From positions 3,596,001 to 3,660,000 of the forward strand of contig OZ116711.1 of NCBI GenBank assembly GCA_964199315.1: a DNA stretch of 64,000 nucleotides, given 5' to 3'. Below the pieces are notes generated by a model that worked only from the letters and a program-made list of their open reading frames with translations, was not told where the DNA came from and ran no database searches. Below, in pieces: positions 32,315-45,200 of the stretch; the stretch's first letter is position 1, and each line of letters starts with the position of its first letter. Origin of the DNA: Orbicella franksi (lineage: Eukaryota). Made by a program: the position numbers and the translations under genes.

Positions 32315-33603
32315 CTATGAGCTTAAGAGCCTTACACAAGCGATCAGAACAGCTAACGTCTCACTTTGCAGAACTGATGCTTTACTCTGTGAACGCCCGA
32401 TGTAATTACATCTTCCTTTGAAACATTGTCTTTTACAATGCTTTGCTTGACACTTCATCTCACATCTACCCCCAAGACACATCTGATCGCACCTCTCCAC
32501 TCCACTGGTACACTCCATAGTACAGTTTGCGCAGACCTGGTGACAAATAGCCGATGAGCACGTGATCTGAACACATTTGGCTCTCCATACACATGACTGT
32601 GAGCAGAACTGACTAGACGAACATTCCATGTTACAGTGACCGAAAAAGCACTTCTGCGAACAACCATGTCTCCCTAACGAAACAGAAGAAATACATGTTA
32701 GTTATGGCAAAGGGTTCGCCTCAAGGACTAGCAGGTGGATCAAGTGATTCTGCCATTTCCCATCAACCCCTTTTCGCTGAAAAATAACTGGAAAAGTCAA
32801 GAGAGCCCAAAATTCCGTTAAAATATGGACCAAAAACTGCTCCACCTTTACCCAATTATACCTTTCCCGAACAAGAAAGGTCCTTCTTCACTTCTCAACC
32901 CTCTTCCCCCCGCCCCCTACCCCCTCTTAAGATTCGCCACGCAATACACTGATTTACTTTAGACCTCTGGAATCTAGCCTCGGGATTTCTTATATGCAAG
33001 AGAGGTGGGGGAGGGGAGGGTAAGCTTTCCCATCTGAAACGCTATTAGGTAGCATCCAGTGAACAGGGTCTGAATACCAGTAGCACCTTGGGGAAGGGTG
33101 CTCGTACGCGAATTAGATCTTGAGCTCGAATTACTAAATACTGAGGGTATCCCTCTTTACATAGAAAAATACTTTTACTGCTGGCAGCCGGTTTTTTCTC
33201 TAAAGGTCATTTAGACGAGTGTTTAGCCATCGCGAACGCAAAAAGGCGGTGTGGCCGTGGCCAATTAGGGATCAGAAGGCGAGAAAAGCGCGGTACGGCA
33301 GAGGAGGGAAGAAGACTAGACAAGGATGGTAAAGCCTCATAACCCCTGCTGAATTTCGAGAGGGACTGTCAACAGTCTAAAAACATCCGGCTTACCAGAA
33401 CAAATCATTTTAGGACAAGAAGAGAAGAAATGGCACTTTTGTGCGCAGCTGGTGAAGGGGGAAATATCAGTCATATCACACGAGCAACTGGTCAAGTTAC
33501 ATGTCTTTTGACAGAGATGTTGATTGATGTTTCCTCCTTTGCATTTTTCATCCGCTTGTGATACTGTCATAAACAGAGCCACTCCTATCACCACTGCTAT
33601 CAT
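32315..33603 (-). CDS. Cys-rich surface protein, paralog 4: join(33603..33396,32673..32315), 188 aa, 28 Cys, GPI-like C-terminus
   Basis: Donor TCT G|GTAAGC at 33396/33395 and acceptor ttcgttag|GG AGA CAT at 32674/32673. The phase-1 join keeps the Cys repeat in register (…MICSGRHGCSQKC…). AATAAA on the minus strand at 32264-32269. Confidence 0.78.
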
Positions 33604-36600
33604 GCTTTGTAGTAAAACCCTGTAATTGTAAACATATACTCAGATTTAAACATAGTAGCAGTTTACTTAGGCATAGAAAAAAATAGTAATAATGGAAAAC
33701 CGTCAAGTTCCACGACAAATTAAAGGCCAAAACAAAATCTAGACCATTTCCTCTACATCCGTGTTCATTCAAAAACGCTTGTGGTTTTTGTGTTTGAAAT
33801 GATCCCAAATTTTCGTGAAACAGACATCGGATTACGAGCTATATACTTAAAAATTTATTTTTGAATGATATTAGAACAATGGGGGGTTGACAAGGTTTAC
33901 ACAGAGAACGAAAAAATGCCCTTTTCTGTTTTTAGCTTCTTGGAGTTTCGCCGCGCGCAAAGGCTGGCAAAAGAAGCACTACTGTACTCTAAGGTTTACA
34001 TGAAACACAAAGCCATAAGGTTGGGTTTACATAAACGACTTCAACTGCGCTGATGGGTGATGTTTTTCTCTATCAGGTGGCATGTCAGTACAACAGACAT
34101 TAAATTTTATACCTCATGCTGATTCGTTGTGCCAACAATAAAGCGAAGAACGTTCTAGCAATACACACTGTTTTCAATCTGTGGACTGCAAGTAAGGTCT
34201 AATAACATTTACTGTTTTCGCAGCAAGTCCTTATTTTTTTACAACTCTGATATGGTAACCACGAATCAGAAGGAATGTTGGTCAAATATTTAATCATGTA
34301 GCATTTGAAAATACTGAAATTAGGAATAATATATTGAAAAAATCAATTTGGATTAATTTACTGCACCTACTGTAAAGAGAAAGAACTTCAAAAACGAGCG
34401 GTATCAGCAAGCTAAGTCGTGGGGTCAAAACATTATTGAACACCTACAGAGGATGTAGTACCTCTGTGATAATTATATATCCATAAGTCATTCGGCCAAA
34501 GAAGTGCCCTTCGATTCCCGCTGTTTATCGAGACCCTCTCTTTTTGATCTTTAATAATTTACAATTTATGGAGTTTCATTGCAGAGGGATCTTAAGGATA
34601 AAATAATAGTAAATAATGGAAAATTAATGATGGGATATGATGTCTAAAACGAAAAGCTAACTTACACCACAAATCGGAACCGGGGTCCGGCGTCTGCTGT
34701 TAGGATCATAAAATAAACAATGAAACAAAAACACACACATACTCATTAGCGTTACTGGAAGTTAACGTTGAAAAACACCCACGTGAATGGGCGAGCGTTA
34801 TGACTTTTTCCTACTCACGCAGAAAGCATACAAGTTAAGATACATTTCGCTTTTTCTCTCCGCTTTTAAATTTTAATGTACAATAATTTAGTTGTAGGGA
34901 AGTCAATTTTTCCCCAGGTAAAAAAATCGCACGAAAACAAAATTGATAATTTACTGCCGAATCTGCAGAGTATTAAAGTAGTGTATGTAAATATTCAAAA
35001 GAAGCATAACATTCTTAAATGTCTTTAGGTTAAAACTAAAAATACTCATAATACTCTTATAAGCCTATAAGTTTGACATTTGGTTGTAACTGACTTTACT
35101 TTATAAGATCAGTTTAAAATAATTACTCAAACAGAGTGGCTTAAAAACTTACTTGTTCAAACGTTGATTGGTGCTTTTTTCGCTTCTTGTTTTCTTTTCC
35201 CACCGAAATTATTTTGATTTCACTCTTCGGCGATATAGAAGCTCATTTCGACATGTATGCCAGCGGCGGTCGCGCCCCAATATCTTGTTACTCCTGAAAA
35301 ACACGGAACTTTAAATTTGTAGGTAGTGCGTTTCCTGAAAATTCAATTAGTATACATATACCTCGCGACCAACATGCATTATACGTACGATTAATTATTT
35401 AAACTGAACTTTCGTCAAAACGTCGAGAAAAACTCTATGATATAGCTTATTCGTTTTGTATGTTATCTGTTATTGGTGTTAGAATCCTTGTGGCTTAATC
35501 AATGCATCGTACTCGACAAATGTACTTGTCCGACTTCATGTTTTCGTGACCTATTACAAACGCTTGCCGTTTCACACTGGGTTAATCGAGATTGGGAGAC
35601 TTCACTGGGCTCTTGTTTACAGTTCCGAGGTGAAATGTCTTTGTTCAAAATTTTAGTAACAAGGTGAAAGATGATAATTATGTAAATTTACTGATTTCCT
35701 CGAAAGCCCAAGGTCAAACCGATTGTAAAAATACTAGAGCCAATCACAATAGGGTGAAAATTTTCCATGTCAAAGACAGGATTATTAATTTCTGTCGTTA
35801 CACATATTCACCGACAATATCAAAGATGGCACGAAAAATTTTAAAAATTAGAAAACGTTTTGGAATATTTTCAATGCACCAAAGAATGTCGACGTCACAT
35901 GCTCCTTACATTAAAGTAACCCGGCAACGGAGTCTCCAAACAAATTCCATTCCTTTTTTTTCAAGATACTTGCCAGCAGCTTGTTACATCGATCACTTAT
36001 GGAAAATTACTTTTTGTTATCTGTTGTATTTATCTGTCTCTTCGACTTATCTTTAGTGAGTTGAGGTATGTACATGGCCTGACCAAGAAAAATCTGGAAC
36101 ATGATAAGGGTTGCGTTTTTGTGTAAAGTTAATTGGTTATAAACTGCCGGGAATTTGGAGAAAAACTACTTGAAAACTTAAAGTGATAAATTAGGACATG
36201 GCTTTTAACATAGTGTTGAGGAAATGGAATGGTTTCTCAGAGTCAGTCATGGACTACTTCAAGACATGGGCTCCTTGGTTCAAGATGATGAGATCTACTG
36301 CTAAAACGGTGTTTGTAAGCTTAGTCAACCCCCAGTGCTGTTAATAAAGAGACTGAGGGGTCGCAAAGCCACTGCGCCGAGCAAGTAATATTTGAAAAAA
36401 TATTTGCTTCTGCCTTAGTGCTCAGGTCTCCACTCCCTTAATTACACGCACGGTCCTTTTCAATCTCGCGTGGAAAGTAAGCAAGCTACTTGGGATTAGT
36501 CTGTCCTTTCCGTCCATTTGTGTTAAAAGCGTAGGCCAGGGAATTGTATGTTCTGGACCGTACAGTCAGTTCCGCGCCTTTTTATTAGTCCGTCAAGCGA

Positions 36601-37132
36601 GAAGCGAGAGAAAAAACGTTTGTGACAAACAAGGGGTGCGTGAAAACACAAGGCAGGCGAGACGCGCCCGCATCAATCATTCTATGGATTTTTATCAGGG
36701 TTCTGCCCCGCTAAACCACCTGCTGCAGGCTTCAAAAACCACAGGAGGACCTGATGGGTGATGAGACCCACAAGACTGGTTTGTCCACAGACATGTGTTC
36801 TTTTCTAAAAGCGAGCTCGCGAGGCAAGTCGTAGGCTCCATTTCCACTGCTCTCCTGAGTCCAGTGTTCCTGAACAGCGCGCGCTTCCTTTCCCGAACAG
36901 CGGCTGGTTATCGATCCTAGGCGAGGCAATAACGGCAATAACGACTACAAAATTGAGCAAAAAAAATGCATCCATAAGCTTCTGTGAACCCGGTGGGATT
37001 ACTGTGTTTCAGGAGGTTTTATCGAGTTAGAGAGAGAGAGTAGAAGTTGGGGGGGAGGGGGAGGGGGGGAAGGTGGGAAGCCTTTCACCGGGAGGAGTTT
37101 TACGTTTCAAAAATTTTGACTATTCCCTTGCG

Positions 37133-37210
37133 TAGCCTACGTGCAGCCGTACCTGCAACCCGAAGAAGAAACGTTTATCCTCGGGGGTGGGTACTGTTAC
37201 ACGTAGGCTA
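37133..37210. mobile_element. 78-bp TAG...CTA MITE, no TSD seen
   Basis: tagcctacgtg(cagcc)gtacc / ggtac(tgtta)cacgtaggcta. Confidence 0.6.
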
Positions 37211-37214
37211 CCAT

Positions 37215-37621
37215 TTAAAGCGATACGATCTGGTGAAAATCAAACCCACGGAGTCGGAAGAAGAACACCCATTACGCTTATGACTCCGTCGCTTACGAAC
37301 TAGTGAAGACTAGATTGTCGCAGTCGGAAGTAAAAGCGGAAGAATAAGCCAATCACAATTCTCGATTCCGGGCCTTGTGATTGGCTTGTTCTTCCGCTTC
37401 TGCTTCCGACTCCGACAATCTGTTTTCACTAGATCCTGAGCGACGGAGTCGTAAACGGAATCGGAAGAAATGAAAACGTTCTGATTCTTCCGACTCCGAT
37501 TCTGTCGAGATTATGACTCCACTTACGACTCCGATTTTCGATTTTCACTAGGTCGTAAGCACTCTTTCGTCTCCGACTCCGACTCCGACTACGACTTCGT
37601 CGCTAGTGAAAACCAGCCTTT
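37215..37621. mobile_element. Foldback-type MITE with GACTCC/GGAGTC iterations
   Basis: Central hairpin agccaatcacaa...ttgtgattggct with flanking arms partly self-complementary. End ...gtcgctagtgaaaaccagccttt. Confidence 0.7.
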
Positions 37622-40600
37622 TTTACGAGCACTTCCTGTGAGCGGACGCCTGGTTATATTAGCGTACTTCAACGACATAGAAAATACAAATTAAGCCCTT
37701 AGATATGCACTGATCCCGAGGGAAACAGTTATGTTTTCCTTCGAATCTCTATGTTTCCAGAGACGATTTAGATTCAGCCATTGCCACGTGACCATAAATC
37801 AACCAATGGGAGCGCTCGTTAATTAGATTGAACTATAAACTGTTGTTATATAACAAGGGACTGTATTTCCGCGTGCTTGGGAGTTTCTCCAATCGGGCGC
37901 CTTTCCTTTGCATTGCAGAAAATATAGTGCAGAGGTTTGCCATAAACTCAGAATTTTTGAACAGTTTGTGTTGTGATTTTTGCGCTAAAAAGTAAAGAAA
38001 TTTAATGAGGTTTATAATTGACCCGCGAGTTCATTTTAAAACTTCTAGTTTGTGCGCGGTATTTTGGAGTGTTTGCTCAAAAGGAACCTCAAGAAACCCT
38101 TATCAAAACCATTGAAAAGCCAGAGTAATCAAAGAAGCCACTCAGAAATCAGACCTAACCCACGTGGGTCAGGGAGCCAATAAGAAATCAGATTTAACCC
38201 AGGTGGATAAATATGAGTCAATTTCGCGGACCTCTTTGTCCCTGAAAGTTTACTGAATAGTCTTGGATAGCGAGAGAAAGTAGGAAATATTCACAGAATT
38301 CGCAGTTAGTTTTTCTTAAACATCTTTAAGATACAGTTTTCAAACTGTTTAAATGGCTTTTTTCCATGAAATTGAGAGTCAATAGTAGTCTATGACGTAA
38401 GCTAGGAAAGCAAGTGCTACGAAGCAAGCCAATCAGCGAAGAGAAGTTAATCACGTGATGTGCGGGCGAAAAACGCGCAGCTTTCAAAATTTTCACTCCC
38501 CGCCAAACATCTAGCTTGAAGGACGTGAAACATTTCTTCCTGAAAAAGCTTGGAATTTCTCTTCTTCACCGACTTAACTGACGGTGTAACCAGCTTCAGC
38601 GACATTCTTCTAGTTACGAGAACCTTAATGGGACAAACATGTGAGTGCATTATTGTTTCAGGCTGCAAAATGTTTCAAAATAACATAACATGTTGCTCCA
38701 TGCGCGAATTTGTGTTCTCCGTTTACGAGGAAGAAAACTCGTTTTTCTCCGCTCACGGACATTTCCCTTCACAGTATTTTGTGTGCCAAGTAGTTTCTCT
38801 TTAGTGACTAACTATAATTTTGTATTTGCACACAGAATTTGCCGGAGAAAATGAAAACATTGGTCCGTACACCTCCGTACACAAAATTGTAGTTGCTGTA
38901 CACGCGCTCTCGCCATGTGGGATTAAAAACCATGTTGACAGCTCACAAATCGACCGGTAAACGTAATTCTCTTGTTAAACTTAAGTCAAATTAAAAAAAG
39001 TAGCTGAAATTATTTTTCTGTGCAATATTTTCTACGAAATTCCCTTGAAATTCCAGAAATGAGGAAATACTGGAGAGTTCCCGCGCGAAGCGCTACTTTT
39101 GCCGCCAAACTAAAACAGTGCCTGGTTTCCAAAATGTTTCTGATGTGGTTTTGCGTTTTTCGCGGAATTAAATTTTTTTTTTTCAAGCCATGGTTTTTAT
39201 TAAAGGTAAATTACCTAATTTCTGTGACGAGTTAGTTATTTTACAGTCCGTTGTCGGCATTATTAAAATAGTAACTCTAGAATCATTCTCTTGAATTGTT
39301 CAATAACTAAACACATGGCGCGATTTAGCTCAACGTATCGTTTGAATTATTATTGCTGCTTCCAAATTCCGCCAGTAAAAGGGAATCTCTTCAGAATGTC
39401 GCCATAATTAACCAAATTTTCTGTTGCACCTAAAATTCGTAAACAATGTTCTGTACTGCATGAACGCATTTTTTGGGGGATCTTGCTGTTCAGAGATCTT
39501 GTTTTCGTTTTACTTCGCTTGCAATGCTTATTTCAGAAATTTAAATTTCTGTATAGATAATTCAGTTTAGCCTCGGCCGTTTCAGTTTTTGACTGTAATT
39601 CCGCACCCTTTCTGAATATTTCAGTTGTTGCGAATTGCGCGAGACAGACATGATTTGGTAAATAGTGTTTACATGTAAGGAAAAAATAACTTGATTATCG
39701 TTCTGTGAAAAATGATGACTCGTAATAGTTGTTGAATCGAGAAATGTGCTTTTAGTTCTAGTTGCAAAGAAGAGTTACGTTTCGTGACTACAGGAGTAAA
39801 CCCTTCGAAAGTTCGCGGAAAAATTTGAAACTCAAGGGTTACTAAATTAACTGCACTGTAACTTTAAAAAGCGAATTTTGGAAAATTATTTCCCATTTGT
39901 CTAGGTGATGTTCTTTCCCACATAAAAATAAATTAAACCAATTTTAGACACATTGACAACAGATTTGTTCAATAATTTATGTAATAAATAAATTTTACCT
40001 GGAGTCACACCCTTTGCTCCTCTTGGAACTCGAAGAACTTAGTCAGTCAGTTGTTTCTAACTCTATGTGTAATGTCTTGCAATTTCTAGAGCAAACTTGT
40101 TACTACTACACCTTGTCTAGAATTCTTATCTTTTTTGTTTTAGTGTTTCTTGATCTTGGAGGAGGAAAATCCTGGATTCATCACTTCAGCACCATACAGT
40201 CCACCTGCGCAAGACCAGGCCTGACTCTGACCCGATCAACTCTGATGGGGACATTATAAGATGCAAGGATAATGGAAGGGTGTGGAAGAAGAAGTAACCT
40301 CTTCTCTTTCCTCCTTCCCATTGTCTACTGCTACTTACGATTTACTCAGATGAGGAGAGTGGGAACGAGTCAGTTAGAAGATTCTGAAGGAAGGCTTTTT
40401 TGCATATCTAAACATATGCAGTTGGTTGGTAACATTGATTGTGGGTTGGTAGGGGAGGTTTTAAAATACTGTAAAGCTCTGGATGAACCTTAACATCAAA
40501 TTTCGGCCAGAGGTCAACAAACCTCTGATTCGGCTTAACTTAATGTAGTTAGGTTAGTTAGTTGGGTCCCAAGGTTTTGGGTGGTTCCTCCCTTAAGGTT

Positions 40601-41757
40601 TTTCCATTGGGTTCCTTTTCAGGTTATTTCGGTCACGATTCGACTCTTCAACTCGACGCTGGGTCTACTACAAGGATTTATTCGGACAAGATTCGACTTT
40701 GTTTAACTGGACGCTGGCTCTACAATGTGGATATTTTCGGCATCCACTTCGGCTCGACATTTTCAGCACTTCGTCTCCCGCTTAGTTGCGCAATAAAAAC
40801 TTTTTTTCATGTTTTACTTGATGACAGGGACTGTGATCAAGTGAAACTATTTCGACCAAAATTTTTCAAAAAACCTTTTTTTCAGTAAAACCATTTCGGT
40901 CCAAAGGTTCAACCAGACATGACTTAAAAGTAGATGGCTGGAGATTTCAGGTCATTCAGCTGAAAGGAGGAAGGCTGTTTTTGCTACTCCTATGCAGCTT
41001 AGTAGCTTGACTCTAGTTCTAGCTAATAGTTAAGGCCAGGACTACAAAGCAGTTTAGGAGGGAATATAGGGGACGATACACACACTTCAGTTTAGTTTGT
41101 TTGCATACATCTAGGCCAATTGTCTGACATCATATTTTGACAGCTTCACAACTGTCAGTCAAAATTCTGGGCCATTGTGTACATTGTAGGGTTTAAGCCA
41201 ATTGTCTTGTTGTGGCAGTTTGTCAACTGTCTGCTAAATTATTACTCCAACAAACAAAAGGTTGTCAGTTTTCAAGTTTCAACAATGGCCCATACAGTTG
41301 TTTTCACTTTGAAACACTTTAGGCCAATTGTCTTGACACGGCAGTTTCAGCTGCCCACCAAATTTTCATAACTTAAATCATCGCCAATCTTCTGATGAGC
41401 ATGGAGAGCAGAAGGAACACTGGTGTCTAACAGCAACCCATGTAAGGTAGGGCAAGTTCTACACCCTGGCATCAGGTACGTGGTGTAACTCAAGGACGAC
41501 AAACTTTGCTTTCGGATTCAATTTTCGGTTCAGCTAGTGTTCGGCTTTCGACTCAGAACACCAATTGGCGCTAATTTACAAATAAAGGCTTGGTATCGAC
41601 TATAACTTGTTAGCAAGCCGCTAATAACCCCCATGTACCATCCGGGGCACCCTAAGTGTTCATTTCGGCGTGTCGACATTTACTGACACAGAACACTTGA
41701 GGTTTCTTAGGATGTCAAATTTTTCACCTAGGAATGCGCGTCCCCTTAATTAGGTCC

Positions 41758-42278
41758 TGTGGATAATGTAGGAAGCATGTAACATACTTCAAACAATAAA
41801 TCCAACAAAACTGTGTCTGTGTCATTTTTTAAAACCTCATAGCTAACATTAATTTAAGGCAATTATGCATAGCATGAAGCATTGTTGTTGAACAATGCAA
41901 AAAAAGAAAAATTAAGTACTAACTATTCGCAATTTCAGGAACCAATGTTGACAAAGGTAAGTTACTTGGAATATTTATTTAATCCGCACTCAGCCCATTT
42001 TCGGGGGCACGCCCACTTTAATGTAGGATAATGTAGGAAACATGTAACATATTTGAAACAATAAATCCAACAAAACTGTGTCTCTGTGTCTTTTTTTAAC
42101 CTTAAATAGCTAACTAAAGATTAATTTAATGCAATTATGCATTGCGTGAAGCATTGTTGTTGAACAATGCAAAACAAGATTAATTAAGTACTAACCATTT
42201 GCAATTTCAGGACTTTTGACAATGGCAAGTTACTTGGCATATTTAATCCACACTGAGCCCATTTTCGGGGGCACACTT
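41758..42278 (+). repeat. Tandem duplication of a ~265-bp unit containing a micro-exon-like cassette
   Basis: taatgtagga...aataaatccaacaaaactgtgtct...tactaac...caatttcagg...cccattttcgggggcac occurs twice. Confidence 0.9.
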
Positions 42279-45200
42279 GCAACCGACTGCACATTTAAAA
42301 AAAATTGACAATAAGGTGAGTAATACAGGTGTTTCTGGCCTACTTTCGGGGGCTAGCTCATTTTCGGGAGCATTATTTGTTATAACTTGAATTGTGCAGC
42401 CTAATATAGATATGTGCAAAGTGGTTCTGAGGACAACGACATCACAGATGCTTAAGGAAGGGACTTGTGGAAAATTGGTCTAGATGAAATTAACATCTGT
42501 CAGTGTACAGGAGGATTTTGGATCATGTTTGTTTAGAAGATGGTAAGTTATACATGCATAAATAGGAACATGAACATGATAACATTTTTGCTCTCATTTA
42601 AGTTTCCAGGAAGCCTCAACACAGCCAGTGACACCAGTCACAAGGAAAGAGCCTCTTCAAATGTGACCTAAAGAAAAGCAGGTAAAGAGACAAATCAATC
42701 ATGCCATTTAGCTGCTGACACATTTTTTTTTAAAACATGGATCATGTTTAAGCAAGTTAAGAAATGAATTGTCAGTCATCATCACCATCATGTCCTTTGC
42801 CCAAACGAAAAATGAAACTTCATGAATTATCTGTCGATGAGCTTTTGAGCTGAAATTTTATTACCTGACGGTGCCATTTTTTCGAAGGCACAAGATGATA
42901 AAAAAATTCCAAGGTCAATTGTCTGCGAAGGAGGCCAAATTATATGCCTTTATTTATGACATTTACAAATTAAATGTCTTATTTGACATCATATACTCAA
43001 GGTAGAGTGTCTGAAATGAGATCAAACTACACAGCACTTTTCACCATCAATTGTGGATACAGGAGGTCAAAAGTTTAGTTTATTTATTTTTCAATTATCA
43101 TCATTACTAAACTATTGACTGTCATTTTTTACCAGGTACACGCAATTGTCTGTCGAGGAGCTCAAATCGATCATATGCCACTTATCAGCATCAAACAAAC
43201 AGTGCATTTATCATTATTTCAAAACAACAGGGCCCACATTGATAACAGTTAAAAAAACTGATGTGGGTACCCTGTATAAATAGTTCAATTATTTAATATC
43301 AATTCAAATTGTTTGCAGAGGAAGAGATGATCAAGGTCAATTGCCAGGAGATTAAATTAATTCAAAATTCCCAATGACATTTCCCAGCAGCAAAATATGC
43401 CGAGTGATGATAATAGTTTGTCTGAACAAAATAAAAAAAAGGCCAATGATTGCCTTTAGATGCTTATAAGCCAATTGTCTGTCAAAGGGGCTCAAATTAC
43501 ACACAATTTTTCACTGTAAAACTGAAAAATGGAAGGATGCAACATGCCCAATTGTCTGTTGATGAGAAAAATAATGGACAACATTTTTCACCAGTATGGA
43601 AAAGACAATTGCACCAGGATAATTGTCTGTCACTTCAAAATTTGTTTAAAAAAATTGAATTCCACATGTATTTACCCTCAATGGTGTGTAGTTTTAACTT
43701 TTGCTAGGAGCAGGATAACCAGAAACAACTGGAACAACAGCCTCGAGGTCAAGCAGCCAACAACACAGATGACCTCCAGAAGCATGGTCCCAATGGAGAA
43801 ATGTTTCCCTGCTAAACTGGTGTTTAGGGTACTTGGAAACAGCCTGAATGCAAAGAAGTATGACACACCAACACTTGAAACAGTCAAATCCATTTCAAAG
43901 GAACTGGTGGGGAGAAACAGACAAGGGCTCTGAAAGCAACAAGTGAGGAGATCTGAAGTGAAAGAAGTACTACACAGAACTTCTTGTTTTGATGATACGA
44001 GGGGTTGTTTGAATGCTGTGCAATCATTCCTTCACTCTGCTCTGTTTAAGAAGTCTCTCAGGAAGACTTGGATGCCAATGTAGAATTATCTTTCCTCTGG
44101 TAAGCTTGGAAACCCATCAAGTGAGTCTTCACTGTCCAGCATCTTTATTGATAAATGGGGGTCTGAGGGTGCCTCTTTGGTTGTCAGTGTGTGTTTGCCA
44201 TTTGGACATGAAATATTCTTGTGAGAGGAGTGTTGGGTTGTTTGATGGCCACTGCATTGCAGGGCCTTATTTGAACCCCTCCCTTATCCCCAATGACTTG
44301 TTTTATCGCAGTGGCCACATTCCAGCTTGCACTTGAGAAAAAGCTTTGTCATGCTAAATATATTAGTTCACTACAGTCCTCAAAATCAGAGGAGTAGACA
44401 ATATGACTAATCTCAGTGTATGCCAGCACTTACAAATGGCTTCTGATAAAGGATGTAGCTAGCATTTTTTGGCCCTCCAACATGGTGTGATGTTGGCACA
44501 ATTCCACTTGCTGATTAACTGAGGCTGTCTACATTGGGGAAGCTGTGCAAGGGATCTTCATCCTCACCGAAGAGGGAAGTCTACAAGTCCAATAATGTAA
44601 TCATGCTTTAAACTGCCCAGGAATCGCGTTTTCTTTCATGGTTTGCTTTTGTTGCCTGTATGTCCCTATCCACAGTCCATTAGACTGCAGGTAGTGAGTG
44701 ATGGCCTCTAGCCATGATTTGTGCATGTACTGGTTGTACATTCAAATGAACTGACATCAATTTCTAATCCTCTGACAAAGACCTTAAACTTTAGTCTTTT
44801 AAGAGGCTCAGTAGAACAGTCCTTTTCAGGACTATCCCACCCACACAATCACAATAGATGAGTGCGACTTTTTTCAGTATACAATATTTTTTTCCCTACT
44901 GGAATACAGGTACCACGACAATCACACAAACTCCTTACTTATCATCAAAAGGACCACATTGCTAACCTGGTGATCGAGTTGACATTGAAAAATTATCAGC
45001 TCTGGACAAACAAAACCTCCACTGTGCACACTGGGGCAAAAAGTCTTTCTGTGACTCAGTCTCTGCTCTATTGATGGTTTTAATGTGTACTGCATTGCGA
45101 TAACTTCTAATGCATGGATACCAGGTCAGAACACTGTACTGCAGTGGCTTATGCTTGTGCAAATAATAGGCTACTGTAATATGTGAACTCTATCTGCAAT

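Noticed and set aside
33337-33395. C-terminal KPDVFRLLTVPLEIQQGL of ORF 33337-33603
   Set aside because: It is read-through past the GTAAGC donor, and the Cys pattern resumes only after splicing.
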